Source: Minutocellus sp. GHC0000111
Lineage: Eukaryota
Assembly: GCA_977018835.1 (NCBI GenBank)
Contig: OZ361257.1
Coordinates: 4,278,001-4,342,000 of the forward strand
Reading direction: 5' to 3'
DNA length: 64,000 nucleotides
A program made the position numbers and the translations under genes. Shown here piece after piece: positions 10,454 through 23,454 of this stretch. Each line of letters starts with the position of its first letter. Position 1 is the stretch's first letter. The notes below the pieces were generated by a model that ran no database searches, was not told the DNA's origin, and saw nothing but the letters and a program-made list of their open reading frames with translations.

Positions 10454-13400
10454 ATGTCGTCCACCCCGACGACGCCCAAGCGTCCCCGCTCCCCCACCGG
10501 CAGCAACCATGGCGACGAGGAGGTGCCGTCGTCGGCCATCGGATACTTTCTGTCGAGCGTCAAGAAGTCGGTGACGAAGCGGATGAGGATCGGGTACGAC
10601 TATTTGGGTGGGGGCACTACCAACGGACAGGCGGAGGGGGATAACAATGGTGGAGATGCCGCCGCTGCTGCCTCTGCCTCTGGAGTTGCCGGCGGGGCCA
10701 CCCCGCACGCCCACCGTGCAGCCTTGCCGCGGAGGGAGTTCGGTGCATCGCCCGTGCTGGGCTCGACGCCCTCTCCAGCGGCTGGACCGGGCGGTTTTGG
10801 TTCGCCGCCCTTTGCCAGCCCGCCGGGGGTGGCTCCGTTCGCCTCTGGTGTGAGCGGCCAGAAGCCAAGGTCCAGCGGAAGTGGCAGTGGAAGCAAGGTG
10901 ACCCGATTCGCCGACGGGAAGAAGACCTCCAATGATGGTGGTAAGTTGTTCCGAGGTTGGTATTGTAGTTTCGTCACCAATTGTTTTGGAAGTAACTTGG
11001 CCTTTGGGCGGTTCGTACCCCCGAGATATATATATTGGATTGTCGATGCGACCGACACCTGACCCAACCGGGCCCGACGAAGAGAGAAAAAGAGGACTTG
11101 GCCGCTTTTGCCGCGATGCGTGTTTGTCTCTTGCCCCTTTGGGCGTGGTATGCACTTATGGGAAAACCTTGCTGCTGGATTTCTGGAGAGTTGCCGAGTT
11201 TGTTTTTCAGGTTGAGATTTTTGCAGATGTGCCTCAGCTGATACACTATCAGGCGCGAATCAATAGAGAAAAAGGATGCGTTGGTGCGATGAAAGTCCTA
11301 CAGACACACAAGTCCTTTCTTTCCGTTGAGAGGTCCTGGAGTATTTTAATGGTCCGATATGGAACTAGGTTCCGTTTTTTTCTGTCATTTTGTTCACTTA
11401 CTCACTCCTCAACCCTCGCATCTCCTTCCCCTTGTATAAACATTGCAACTTCCAACGCAGGCTTCCAGGCCCGATCGACTCCCCACCCATCCAAGAAGAA
11501 GGCCCTGGCCACCGTATCCTCCAAGGGACTGGCCCACAAGCGCACGCCCCGCTCGTCGGCCAAATCTCCCTACCGATCGGTGACCAAGGCCAACCGGTCG
11601 GCTTCGAAGAGATACAACAGCTACCGTCCCAGTTCCGCCACGCTGTCCATCTCGGCGCGCAAGGTGCGGCAGCAAGGTGCCAACGGAGACGTCGCCAAGG
11701 ATACCGCCGATGCCGTCCGCGATCTGCTCCAGTCCATTGCCTCGCCTCCCGCAGGTGGAGTGGCGAGAGAAGAGGAGAAGAAGGACGGGGACGAAATATT
11801 TGGCTTTCAGGGTGCAAAAAAGACCCTGACGGTCAACAAGGTCAATCGCATCTATGGGCCTACTCATGGAAGTCGGATTGTCCCTTATGGGACCACCGGT
11901 GCCGGCATCGGTGGCAGCATGGCCCCTCCTCCGCCTCGAACTCCTGCCGCCGCAGCTGGTGGTGCTGCTGGTGCTTCCAAGTCCATCCTCCACGCCGGTC
12001 CTGGCCACACCCACAGTGGCGCGCATCACGTTCAGTTCACCACCCCGGCACCCTCCACCAGTGCCCATCATCATCTCCCCTCGCACAAGACCCCGTATCC
12101 TGGCCGCGGTACTGATATTGTAGCACCCACCAGTCCCGCCGCCGCCCACGGCGTGGACAAGCGGACCGGTGCCGTCCCCGACGGACACGTCCACTTTCAG
12201 TTCAACTCGCAGCAAACGACCGAGCTGAGCGTTGGCAAGCACGACCTCAAGGGCAAGTCGGAGCGGTTGCCCCACGATGCGTACCCCGGCCGTGGGGAGG
12301 ATGGTTCCGTCAAAATGATTCTTCCCGCACACAGCCAGCCGCTGCAAACTCCCAAGACCAAGGGTACCGATGGTGGCAGTGGTAGTGGTAGCGGTGGTGC
12401 CGTCCGGTATGTCGGCCCGCCCAACACCCCGCGCGATCCCAAGACCGGTGAGGTCCAGTCGACTTCCTCGGGTACCAAGTACGGGTACAGCTTCACCCCG
12501 TCCAAGCCCGTGCAGGCCGATGAGATTACCGACGCGGTATTGGCCGAGGTGGCCATTGAGCGGAGCGGTGTCGATGCCGCCGCGCCCAGTGCGGCCGGCA
12601 CCAAGAAGGTGGATTGGGATTTCGACGGCGACATGCTCAGCCCCAGCCAGTATCGCAAGAAGCACAAGATGGGCAAGGTGGAGAAGAAGGCCAAGAAGGT
12701 GGTCAAGGGCACTCCTCATCCCAAAAAGGCGGGCGGTGGTCATGGTAAGAGTGGCGGTTTGCCGTACGCCTCCCCCGCCGCTTCGGCCCCATCTGGTTGT
12801 TCCGGTGGCAGTACCCTCGACAAGGCCCGAAGGACCGCGGCGGCACAGCAGAAAGCCACTGCCGCTCCTGCCCCGGCCACTCCTGCTCCAGCTCCACCCC
12901 CGTCCTCTGGAGGAGATGTGTCCAAGAAGTACACCGGCTCATGGGGCAACCTGTTCTCTCTCAAGCCAGGACAGTGGCGCTGCGATGCATGCCGTACCAT
13001 GAACGAGGCCTCGGACAAAACCAAATGCCGATCATGTGAAATGGCCAAGCCCGGTGCCGAGGGTGGTGACGACGGTGGTGATGACGGCAAATCTTCCGCT
13101 GCCGCACCTGCCCCGGCAGCAACAATTGGTGCCGGAGGATTCGCGTTCGGTGCGCCCGCCCCAGTTCCTGCTCTTGATACCCCCGCCGCGGCACCTGCTC
13201 CCGGTGCAATCGGTACCGGCGGATTCTCGTTTGGTGCCCCGGCTCCGGCACCGGCCGCTAAGGAATCCGATGCTGCTCCAGCTCCAGCGCCTGCAGGTGG
13301 ATTCTCCTTCGGCGCGCCGGCACCTGCTCCGGCCGCAGCTGATAGCGCTGCACTAGCACCTGCTGCGGGTGGATTTTCATTTGGTACCACCTCGGCGGCC

Positions 13401-14871
13401 CCTGCACCGGCCGCTGGTGGTTTCTCCTTTGGAAAGAAAGACGATGCTGATTCCAAGAAGGACGATGCTGATAAGAAAAGCGATGAGACCAAGGCAGTCT
13501 CAGGCGGATTCTCCTTTGGTACCGCGGCAGCTCCTGCACCGGCACCCGCAGCTAGCGGTGGTTTCTCCTTCGGCACTGTAGCTCCCCCAGCCAAGAAAGA
13601 CGATGCCAAGAAGGATGATTCTACCGCTGACGAGTGGAAGTGTAACAAGTGTGGCGCTTCCAATGCCGCTGGTATCATCAAGTGCTTGATGTGCCAAGCC
13701 GACAAGGAAAAGAGTGGCGACGCTGCTAAAAAGAAAAAGAAGCCAGCATCTACATTCGGTGGCTTTGGTGCTACGACCTCAGCGCCTGCGCCTGCACCTG
13801 CTGCCGACGGATTTTCCTTTGGCAGTACCGCCCCCGCACCTGCTGCGTCCACTGATGAGAAGAAGGATGAGGCGCTCAAGCCTGCATTTTCGTTTGGAGC
13901 GGCAGCCCCTGCCCCCGCTCCTGTCGCCCCTGAAGACAAGAAGGAAGAGGCACCCAAGCCAGCCTTTAGCTTTGGTACCTCTGCGCCTGCCCCTGTTGCC
14001 GAGCCGAAGAAGGACGAGGCTCCCAAGCCAACCTTCACATTTGGAGGATCTTCCGCTCCCGCCCCCGCCCCCGCTCCGGCTGCCGCTGGTTTCGGAGCGC
14101 CATCTGCGCCTGCGCCAGCTCCCGCTGCTGGATTTTCGTTTGGTTCTTCAGCTCCTGTTGACGACGGGCGCTTGAAGGATGACCGCAACCCAAAGAAGAA
14201 GCGATCTGCTGGTGGTGACTCTGCAGCACCAGCATTCACATTCGGAGGTGCTGCACCATCCGCACCAACTCCGCCGCCGGCAACCGGTGGCTTCGGCGCT
14301 GCACCTCCCGCCGCCGCTCCACCTGCACCTGCCTTTGCATTTGGATCCGCAGCACCACCGTCCGCCCCTACACCGCCACCTCTGGCATCCGCAGCTGTCA
14401 ATCCTCCAGCCCCCGGCTTTTGCATTCGGCAGTGCTGGTGCTCCGGCTCCAGCACCTGCTGGTGGGGCGGCATTCGCATTTGGCTCGGCCAACGCAGCCG
14501 CCCCGCCTCCGGCGCCGCAACCCTTTGGATTTGGAGCAGCAGCTCCAACTCCACCACCGCCTGCTTCTCAGCCAGGATCACAAAGTACCAGCCCCGTGCC
14601 ACCGGCATTTGGATTCGGTGCGGCAGCCGCTCCTCCTCAGCAACCTGCCCCAGGTGGCTTCGGCGCACCGGCCGCTGGTGGATTCGGAGCACCGGCACCC
14701 CCTGCACCTGGTGGGTTTGGAGCACCTCCCGCACAGCCCGGTGCTCCGGCGTTTGGAGGAGCTGCGGCCCCGGCCGGCGCCGGTGGATTCAGCATCGGTA
14801 CCGGCGGAAGCTCGAATCAGGGTGGCAAGCAACGCCGCAGAATCGTAAGGGCACGAAGGCCTCCTCGCTAA
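10454..14871 (+). CDS. FG nucleoporin, Nup153/Nup1-like, two RanBP2-type zinc fingers (intron 10941..11460; +1 frameshift in C5 run 14410..14414)
   Basis: WRCDACRTMN...CRSC and WKCNKCGASN...CLMC fingers; >20 GGFSFG/PAFSFG repeats; C-terminal RRRIVRARR motif reached after removing one C; phase-1 GTAAGT...ACGCAG intron. Confidence 0.88.
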
Positions 14872-15229
14872 ATCTATCCTCTACAAGAGTAACGAAATGA
14901 TAAACAAGAAGTCTTTCCGCATTTACAACGCAGTAGCTCCTTGTGAAATGCATCTCATTGCAGTCATATTTGACTTTGTTGCGTACTCTCTTTTTGCTGT
15001 GATCCACCATCGACAAAAGTTGCCTTGGCCTCCATGTAATCTTCAACAGCCCCTTCAGTTCATAACCAAAGTACGTTCGCTGGCACTCTTTGGTTATGTT
15101 ATGTGCTTATATTTCTATACACCATTGACAAGCAAGCTGAATGCAATGCCTCCATCAAACTGAATTGCCCAATACATTCTTTTTTTGCTACCTCTACATA
15201 CTCTAGCGTACCACCAAAGTATCGGCTCC

Positions 15230-16142
15230 TCACTTCTTGTTGAACATGTTGGCCATCTTTTGCACCAACCGCAGCTCGGCCTCGTCCTCCTCCGCCACGG
15301 CCTCGGCCCGCTCGTACTCCTTCTCAATGGCCTCGTACTTCTCCTCCTCGGCCTTCTCCGCGTCCAACTTGGCCTTCAACACTTTTTTGGTCTGTACCTC
15401 CTCGGCCAAATTCCGCCGTTCGGCCTTCTCCGCCTGCCGTTCCTTGCGTTCCATCTTCTTTTCCTCCGCGAGCAACCGCTTCACCTCCCGCACCTTGGCC
15501 GCCCGTTCGGCCTTGGAGGTGATCTTGGCCTCCTCATCTTCATCTTTTTGGATCTCCTCCTTGAGCTTGGCGATGATGGCCTTGTCCTTCTTCTCTTCCT
15601 CCTCGGCCTTCTTCTCGGCTTCCTCGATCTGGTGTTCAGAGAGTGCAAAGGTATCGTGTGTTGGTAAGAATAGGTAATAAAATGAAAAACAAAGGCGGAA
15701 TAACCACCCGCCATGCCCTAACCTAAGCCATGCATGCAACAGCATTTAGAACCACCGTCGCTTTCATTCATGTTTCCATTCATGCACCTCCTCAACAACA
15801 GGTACGCACCCTGGCCTCGGTCTCCTCGGCCAGCTTGGCCTCGTACTGGAAGTACCGCTCGTTGTTCAGCTCCCGCTGGGCGCGGATGCGGTCCTTTCGG
15901 GCCTCCTTCTCGGCCTTCTTGGTCTCGGCCTCCAACCCCTTGAGCATCTCCTTGTCGACCAGTTCGGTCGAGGAGAGGAGGCTGCTGGACGATGAGGTGG
16001 AGGCGGCGGCGGCTGCTGGTGAGGTTTCGACTATGCGGACCGTCTCGACTTGCTGAGCGGGGGTGTACGCCGGGACGGTGAAGGCGTCGGCGCACGAGGC
16101 CGTGGCCGCGGCGGTAGCGGCGAGGACGGTGAGGGACTTCAT
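15230..16142 (-). CDS. Plastid-targeted E/K/A-rich coiled-coil protein (intron 15629..15809)
   Basis: Signal peptide ending ADA-FTVP (ASAFAP-type motif), S/T/A-rich transit region, GTGCGT...CACCAG intron joins EETEAR|IEEAEKK. Confidence 0.78.
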
Positions 16143-16503
16143 CTTCGTGCTGGGATGGACGGAGGAACAATGCGGTATCAGCACATCAACGGCCATGACG
16201 CACTGACTCACTGGTCTTATCGGGACTGATTTTTATCATTTATTTTATCGGGATTCAAACCGACCGATGCGCCGCCGGCCTCATTCTCCGACAGACGAGC
16301 GGCCGAGCGAGCGAGCGAGCGGAGCTGCTGACTTCTCCTCGCTGCTGCCTGCGTGATAACTCCCATCTCCGCCGCGAGTGACATGCTTTCGGGCGCTGCA
16401 CGGGTCGGTATCTTCGCGTTGTAGCAGTGTCATTCTTGCGACAACCTTGAGTTGAAAAAGAAAAGGCAGCACATCTCGTGCGATTAGCGGGTAAAACAAC
16501 ACG

Positions 16504-18507
16504 ATGGAGAGCAATGCTGCCGCCGCTGCCGAACAGGAAAGCAGCAGCACATACGAGCATCTCCGTGCCCTCCTCTCTCTGGAGAATCCAACCTGCCAAA
16601 TCTGCACGGAGGACATCCACGAGCTGAACCATTGTTCGGCTGGTGAGACTGAAACCGCTCATGCCAGCACCAAGCAAGTTCGCCTGGTGCCCATGCCGCA
16701 CTGCAAGTGCCGGACCACGCTGGCTTCCGTCCACGTCCGTCCCTCGGACCTGTCTCTACCACCTACCGACAATATCGATGACACCTCCGCCACCGACCAG
16801 TCAGCCTTTCTACAAGCCCTGCTGAACTCCCAACCATGTCTATCCGGAGATACCGCCAAACACAAACGCATGGGTGCCTTCACCTCGCGCAAGTTGCCCA
16901 CGACAACCTACTCCCACCGCACGACCTGCACCGACTGCCTCCCGCAATGGACCAAGAGCGCCAACGACGTTCAGAAATACAACTACAACGGCGATCCCGG
17001 GGGGAACGAGATGTGCTTTACCAACGACGTGCGATGTGCGCAGTGCAACCGGGTGTTTGCCAAGCGGACCGTCGATCGATTGGTGGCGGGGGATGGTGCA
17101 GGGGGGACGTCGAAAGATGACGACGAATGGACCAGAAGTGTGGAGCATACGGCGAAAGTGGTGACATGGGCCGATAAGATCAAGGCATGGGCCAAACGTG
17201 AGCTGGCGGATGGTAGCAGTGCCAAGGATGACCACTCAAGTTCGGAGCAGCAGCTGACACCGGAGCAATCGCATCTTCGATCGGTCCTCCTCTCCATCAT
17301 CAAGGGCGATACGTCTCCCTCCATCGGCCAAGACGGCGTCCATCGGCAAGAAGTGCAGCACGGCGAAATGAAGCGCGAATTGATGCAGCGCGACCCAAAG
17401 TTTGCGCAGGAGGTGGAGGATATGGAATATGTCCGCAAGTTCGCCGAGGCGGAGAAAAAGGCGGCAGCAGAAGAGGAACGGCGACGGAGGGAAGCGGACG
17501 AGCGGATGGCACGGGAGCTGGCCGAGAAGGAGAAGGAGCGCGGGGACGGTGCCCAAGGGAATGGATCTGCTATGGGCGAGGCGACTGCACCAACACCGGG
17601 CCTCCCGGCAATTTTTGCGTCGCATCAAACACAGATGCGACAGCGTGAGGAGGAAGAGAAGAAGTCGGAAGAACTGGCTCGGCGGATGCAGCAGCAATGG
17701 GAGGAAGAGGAACGTCGGGAGAGGGATCGCAGGGAGAAACGCGATGCCAAGCTCGCGCGGAAGCTGTACAATTTCGATCAGCGGGAAAAGCAGGATCGAG
17801 ATCGAAAGCGGAAGGGATCGACTGCGTTGTTTGGTGAGCCGGTGCGGAAGAGTCCGTTTGATGCGCAATCGAAGCAAAAGCAGCGGCAGCAGCCGAAGCC
17901 GACGACGACGACGAAGCCAACAAGTAAGCAAGACGATGTTGTGGATATTACTGATAGTCCCACAAAAGATGGCGGGGATAAGAGCGATGGTGAATACGAA
18001 AGAATACCTCAGTCAGCGGCAAAGACGAAGGATATGCCAAACGCTTGTCAGGAGAAGGTGAAGGATGATGAAGTTCATGATCTAGTCAATGATGACGGTA
18101 ATGGCGATGATGACGAAGGAGAACTTAATAACAACGACAACGAGTCACAGTTTTTTACACAAGCTGCATTGCCGTTCCCTACACCGAGGTCAGTGGACTC
18201 ATCGGCACGGAAGAAACCTCCCCCGTCGTCAACGCCAGCATCCAATCGAAAGAATCCAATGTCAGGTAGTGCAACTCCGGGACATCGATCTAGTCCCCAA
18301 AACGGTGCGGACTTTTCATCTGATAAGAAGAAGGAAGTGGAATGGGATGAAGCTGACGATGATGATTTGCAGTTTCTAGTTGATATGGGTTTTCACTGGA
18401 AAGAGGCAAGGAGGTGTTACTTTGATGCTGACAAAAATGTTGAAAAGGCGGCGGCAATGCTGTCGAGTGCCATGGAAGAACGGGAGAGGGCAAAGAAGAG
18501 GGGATAA
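16504..18507 (+). CDS. Zn-finger/RING-like + MIU-like repeats + C-terminal UBA protein (putative ubiquitin ligase/reader)
   Basis: CQIC...HCKC...CTDC...CAQC; DERMARELA, SEELARRMQ, DAKLARKLY; UBA LQFLVDMGF...NVEKAAAML. Confidence 0.72.
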   Translation: MESNAAAAAEQESSSTYEHLRALLSLENPTCQICTEDIHELNHCSAGETETAHASTKQVRLVPMPHCKCRTTLASVHVRPSDLSLPPTDNIDDTSATDQSAFLQALLNSQPCLSGDTAKHKRMGAFTSRKLPTTTYSHRTTCTDCLPQWTKSANDVQKYNYNGDPGGNEMCFTNDVRCAQCNRVFAKRTVDRLVAGDGAGGTSKDDDEWTRSVEHTAKVVTWADKIKAWAKRELADGSSAKDDHSSSEQQLTPEQSHLRSVLLSIIKGDTSPSIGQDGVHRQEVQHGEMKRELMQRDPKFAQEVEDMEYVRKFAEAEKKAAAEEERRRREADERMARELAEKEKERGDGAQGNGSAMGEATAPTPGLPAIFASHQTQMRQREEEEKKSEELARRMQQQWEEEERRERDRREKRDAKLARKLYNFDQREKQDRDRKRKGSTALFGEPVRKSPFDAQSKQKQRQQPKPTTTTKPTSKQDDVVDITDSPTKDGGDKSDGEYERIPQSAAKTKDMPNACQEKVKDDEVHDLVNDDGNGDDDEGELNNNDNESQFFTQAALPFPTPRSVDSSARKKPPPSSTPASNRKNPMSGSATPGHRSSPQNGADFSSDKKKEVEWDEADDDDLQFLVDMGFHWKEARRCYFDADKNVEKAAAMLSSAMEERERAKKRG

Positions 18508-18915
18508 CCTCTCATCCTTGGAAGCAATTTCCTTCCTCTAGCTAGAATTACTAGTAGCTGCTGAGTTGCTTTGTATATATGTATTTATATACGCTCTAAG
18601 GATCTAGATCTAGGATTCGCCGTCCGGAACCAAAGGACTTGCCCATTCGCAGTCTTTTCTTCTCTCAAGCCTGATGATTCGATGTGATGAGGTGCGACTT
18701 GTCTTAAACTGGTATGCGGGCAGAGGCATAAATGGGCAACTCAAGACCGCCTTTCCGCCACCTCCCACCCCACCTCGATAGTACTCTCTAGCTAGTACTT
18801 GTTACTGTCAATAAATTGACAAGATTTATAGAGGCCAGGACGGACTGACCTCCATACCTCCTCAGCTCATGCGCGCTCAGCAGCCCGAAACAAATTGAAT
18901 TGAGAATATATTAAC

Positions 18916-19806
18916 ATGCGATCTCTTGTGACAGTGACTCTGGCCCTGCCTCTCGTCGTTGCTGATTCTCGTCGCGTCAACGGCAACAATAGTGAGAGGC
19001 TCCGACGACGACGTCTCAAGAAATTGGTAGCCAAGGTGAAATTCACCGAGCACGAAGTGGATGATATCTGGAATGAGGTTGATCTGGATAAGATTGCCAA
19101 CGCCAAGCCCGACGATGTCCCTCCCGTCGATCTTCCAGAAGATGAGGACGACGTTGTGTGCGAAACAGCTGGCAGCTATTGTAAAAACAAAGATTTATGC
19201 CACAAATACACCAGGCTTCACGAGTCAACGATGCTTCTCAGCGATGAGTCAAAAATGGACTGTTTTTGCATGCACGCGTGGAGTTATGAGGATGACTACT
19301 GCGACGAGACCAAAGGGTTCGATTCTATCAATTGTGCTTGTGAGGACAACGAGGAAGACGATCTGGCACGAGACGACGTCGAACTGAACGATCCCGAAAG
19401 GACGCAGAGAGACATGGTCGTGGCGTGCGTGCGCTATTCTCTGGACGAGGGTGAGTACGAATGGATCACTGAAGATGTTACAAAGAGGGAGCATGCCAAG
19501 CTCGTATTTTCGGACGAGGATGCTGTCCTTCCGGATGCGTGTACCATGCACTTTGAAGATTGCGATCCGAGCGGGGTCGTCTGTGCCGAGAAGGCTGATC
19601 TGAATCCCGATAACGAAGCGAATGAAGATGCCGAAGAAGAGGCCGATGAAGAGAAAGCTGCTGAGATAGGCGGTGCTAACGATGAAGTTGGCGCGACCCT
19701 AGACAAGGAAATTGAGATGGAGGAGAGGCTTAGTGCAGAAATCGAGGAGCTCGAGGCCAAGATCAAGGAGATCGAGACGTTACTCGACGAGGACAAGAAG
19801 ATGTAA
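18916..19806 (+). CDS. Secreted acidic Cys-rich protein with C-terminal coiled coil
   Basis: Signal peptide MRSLVTVTLALPLVVA, RRRRL site, Cys-rich core, terminal AEIEELEAKIKEIE. Confidence 0.75.
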   Translation: MRSLVTVTLALPLVVADSRRVNGNNSERLRRRRLKKLVAKVKFTEHEVDDIWNEVDLDKIANAKPDDVPPVDLPEDEDDVVCETAGSYCKNKDLCHKYTRLHESTMLLSDESKMDCFCMHAWSYEDDYCDETKGFDSINCACEDNEEDDLARDDVELNDPERTQRDMVVACVRYSLDEGEYEWITEDVTKREHAKLVFSDEDAVLPDACTMHFEDCDPSGVVCAEKADLNPDNEANEDAEEEADEEKAAEIGGANDEVGATLDKEIEMEERLSAEIEELEAKIKEIETLLDEDKKM

Positions 19807-19898
19807 ACCTATAAGCATCTTTGCACTATGCATGTGCATCGTTAGTAGTAAACAATTTGGTTGCATTGATTTAGTTCTTTGCGTGCAAGTCAACGGCA

Positions 19899-21747
19899 TT
19901 ACGCCATGGTGGCCGTCTGACTGTTCTTCTCGATCTGATCCTGGAAGCTGCCGTCGCTGCTGCTCTTGCTTCCCATGACGGCACCGGCGGCATCGCCCTC
20001 CTTCTTTTGCGCGGTGGCGCAACACTGCGTGCTGGTGGGAGGGGATGAATCCGCGCCGTACATTCCATGGAGATGATTGTACGACAACGATGGTGGTGGG
20101 TACGAACCAACACCGACCAGCGCTGCGCTCGCCATGAGCCTGCCGACGTTGCCCACCCTGTCCAGCAGCTTTTTGCGGGACTTGCTCGTCCTCAGCATGG
20201 TCTTGGAATGGCACGCCTTGAGGCCCATGGATCTATCCCACTCCCGCAGCAACCGTTCGGATTGGGTGGAAAATTCGAGGGATTCCAGGAAGCGGTGTTG
20301 GGAGGCGACGGGGCCTTGTTGGGGCAGTGGCAGTGGTTGGTGGTAGGCTTGGGGGGCGTTGATGCACTGGGTGGGGTAGGCGGAGTTGGTGTGGGCGTGG
20401 GCATGAATGTGGGCGTTGGTGTGGACGTTCGATGAGCGGGGGGTGACCTCGTCGACGGAAGCCGTGGGCATCATCCCTTGCGGTGCCTGCTGCTGGTAGT
20501 TGTGGCTGGCGCTGCTGGCAGCAGGACACCCCCCGGCATGTTGTTGATGCGGCTGTTGTTGCTGTTGGGGTTGCTGCCCTAGACACGATGGCTGCAGTGA
20601 CGACGACGGCGGATGCATGTGCGCCACCCTAAGCTCCTCCCTGGTCTCGGCCGGCAGCGCCACGTTGGAGGTCATCATCTCGTACGCGTAGCTGGGCGGC
20701 TGCGGCTGCGGCGGGTCGTTCTGGCTGCTCCGACCGGAACTACATGTAGCACTGCCATGCACGCTCCCGGCGATGGAGCTGGGCATCTTGACCTGGTGGT
20801 GCTGCTGCTCCGGTCCACTCTCCAGACCAACACCCGCCAGCAGGTCGTCGCACGCCAAGCTGCCGCCCGACCCCATCAAACCACTCAAGTCACCAAACAC
20901 GTCGGCCGCGTAGGGCGCCAGTCCGGGCATGGCACTCTGAGCGCCGACGTCGTCGTCGAACACCGATCCGGTGGCGATGGCTTCTTTTAGTTCTTGCGCG
21001 TCGAGCAGCTGGAGGAGGTCGGTGAAGGAGGTGGACGTGGGGCGGTTGACGAGGGTCTTGCGGGTTGTTAGGGAGGAGGGGGAGGTCGTCAGGGAGTGGG
21101 CCGACGGGAGGACCTGTGCCGGCGGTGGAGCCTGTGCCGGCTGCTGCACTTGCGGGAGTTGCGGCACATGCTGTGCCATCTGCGCCTGCGCTTGCGGCAT
21201 CTGGAACGGATTGTTCCCACCGCCGACGCTGCCGATGTCGTTGGTGTTGGCCGTGGTCGTGGTGGTCCTTCGGCGCTTCCTCCCTCCTCCGCCGGCCGAC
21301 GCCGACGCCGTCGTGGCCGAAGAGGAGGAAAAGGCCGTGCCGAACTGACGGTGGCACCATCCCTCCAGGTCGTCCAACAACGCGTCGCTGCTGCCGTCGG
21401 CGGGACGCTTGGTCGGCGGCAAGATGGTCGTGGTCGGTGTTGGTCTTGGGTTCTGTGCTTGTGGGCCGGCAGCAGCGGTTGGCACGAGGAGGAGTGGTAG
21501 GAGGATGTCCCAGAATGACCGCCGCGGGGAACGTCGTGAAGGTGAGGAGGGGCGGCTGCTCGTAGGAGGAGACCGCCGCTGTTGCCATGGTCGTGGTCGT
21601 GTTTGCGTTGGTCGTGTCATCGTGCACAGCGGGATGCGTTCCATCGTCGGACATGCGAGTCGGTGCCGTCTGTCGCGATGACGGATGGTGGACAATTTGG
21701 AACGATTGGTTGGCCGAAGCGGCGGCAGGAGTCGAGGAGGAGCACAT
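19899..21747 (-). CDS. Q/P/S-rich protein with diatom-typical WDRxMGLxxxHSKTM domain; probable frameshift between ~21400 and 21510
   Basis: C-terminal LREWDRSMGLKACHSKTMLRTSKSRKKL. The N-terminus reads best from ATG 21747 in a second frame. Confidence 0.62.
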
Positions 21748-22143
21748 GTCGTTTTGATCGGATCGACGACGGCGATGGTCGGGGAAGGACCGCAACCGGC
21801 GATGTTCGAGGGGCTGGGATGTCAAGAGAGACAAACAAACGACATGCAAATGTGCCCCCAGGACAGTTTGGTTGGCCCTTCATGAGAGCAAAATCGAAGC
21901 GCACACACAGAACGTGCACGGGAGGGATCGGCACGACGATTGCACTCATGTGTGCACACAAGCGGTTGAGATTGGCTGCACATTCAATTCACAGTGCCAC
22001 TCTCTTTTTTGATTGTTACTTTAATTGCGAAGAACAAACACACACATGCACACGTGCACAACACCACCACCATTATCAGCAGCAACAAGAACTCCTCCAC
22101 ATCTTCAACTTCGACGCTCGGTGCGCATCGTCATCGCAAGCAC

Positions 22144-22677
22144 ATGAAAAACAAGGTTGTCGACGACGAAGCATCTGCGCTCTCTGTCTTGACTGGTCCA
22201 ATCACTCCACATCGATCGACAAAGCAAACCACCAGCACCAGAGCCACACCACCAGCACAAGCACTGCTGACAGCATTCATTCGATCATCGCTGTCCAGCG
22301 CCAAGAGTCTCACATGTGTCTCTTTCACTTCTTCAACAAGAGAAGGAGCACACCGAATTCGAAAATGCCAACAGAAGCAAGCAACCGCACCCTCGGCAGC
22401 GTTTTGAGGCGCAATCCATCCGACCGAACGAAAGAGAAACTTGCCGAACAGCAACAGCATCATCGGTCTACGCCTCAGCGAGCTCACAACGCTGTCTGCC
22501 AGCTCACAATGTGACGATGAAGAACACATGTGTGGCAACGATGAATGCTCCAAAGGATCGACAACCGCAGTTGACAACGACGAATCGTCCTTCACCTCCG
22601 GACGAATCTCATTCCACAAAATCGCAAATCGCGTCAAGAAGATGGCATCCTCGTCCTCGGAAGGATCTGGAAGATGA
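22144..22677 (+). pseudogene. Ser-rich RRxS family copy A (fragmented)
   Basis: Family motifs spread over three frames: DDEASAL/LCLDW, LLQQEKEHTE, SNRTLGSVLRRNPS, RLSELT, KIANRVKKMASSSS; truncated before RRASDF. Confidence 0.65.
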
Positions 22678-23454
22678 GGTCCACGAGGAACATTTCTGAT
22701 TATTATTACCGGTGCCGGCATGCATGCATCATGCAAACAAACATTTTTGTAGACTCTAGTGTAAATTTTATTTGTAATAGATCTAGTGCTTCTATGTCTA
22801 CTGCATGCAGTGGACATTGATCATTGACTAGGTGGTGGTAGCAGCTGCTCTACACAGAATGTAAGTCTTTCATCTCTATTATGCATAACGATTTTCTACG
22901 TAGACGTTTATAGGATCGACATAATCAGAAGATGAGAAGCGAGAATACATGTAAATGTACGCGGTTATCACAGCGGCTGCTTCTTACAAACATGCTGGTG
23001 AGCCTGTGCTGACCGCCCCACACCACAGGCCTAGGCCTACCAAGTCAGTCGGTGGCCTTGCCTTTCTACATGACGCAGCAGTTATCCGAAGGGGCATATA
23101 TGTTAGGACCATTGTGACAAAAGCGGCAGTCCTAAGCAGTTTTAGCATCATCAAAGATCATCGTGCCGTGTCCAAAAGGGGTGGGATAACAAACGCAGCA
23201 GAAGCATTGCGGCGAAAAGGATGGGCTTGCTTTCGCTTTAGGCCTCTTACCGCCGATCAGACGACGTCGAGAAACACAGGAGATCAATATGCACAACAAA
23301 ACACGAACCTCTGAGATGATTGGATCCAATTGCACAACGCATGTCATGCGATTTCCCAGCGCCATTTCTCCAAATTATATGGCCACAACGAACCCATTTG
23401 CACCACACTGATATTTCGTGTAACGAACCAGTGCATGATAAAATCCCTGCAAGT

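Noticed and set aside
12740..14734. Long antisense ORFs over the nucleoporin (also 37771..39132 over MPP-beta)
   Set aside because: Shadows of GC-rich, codon-biased sense genes.
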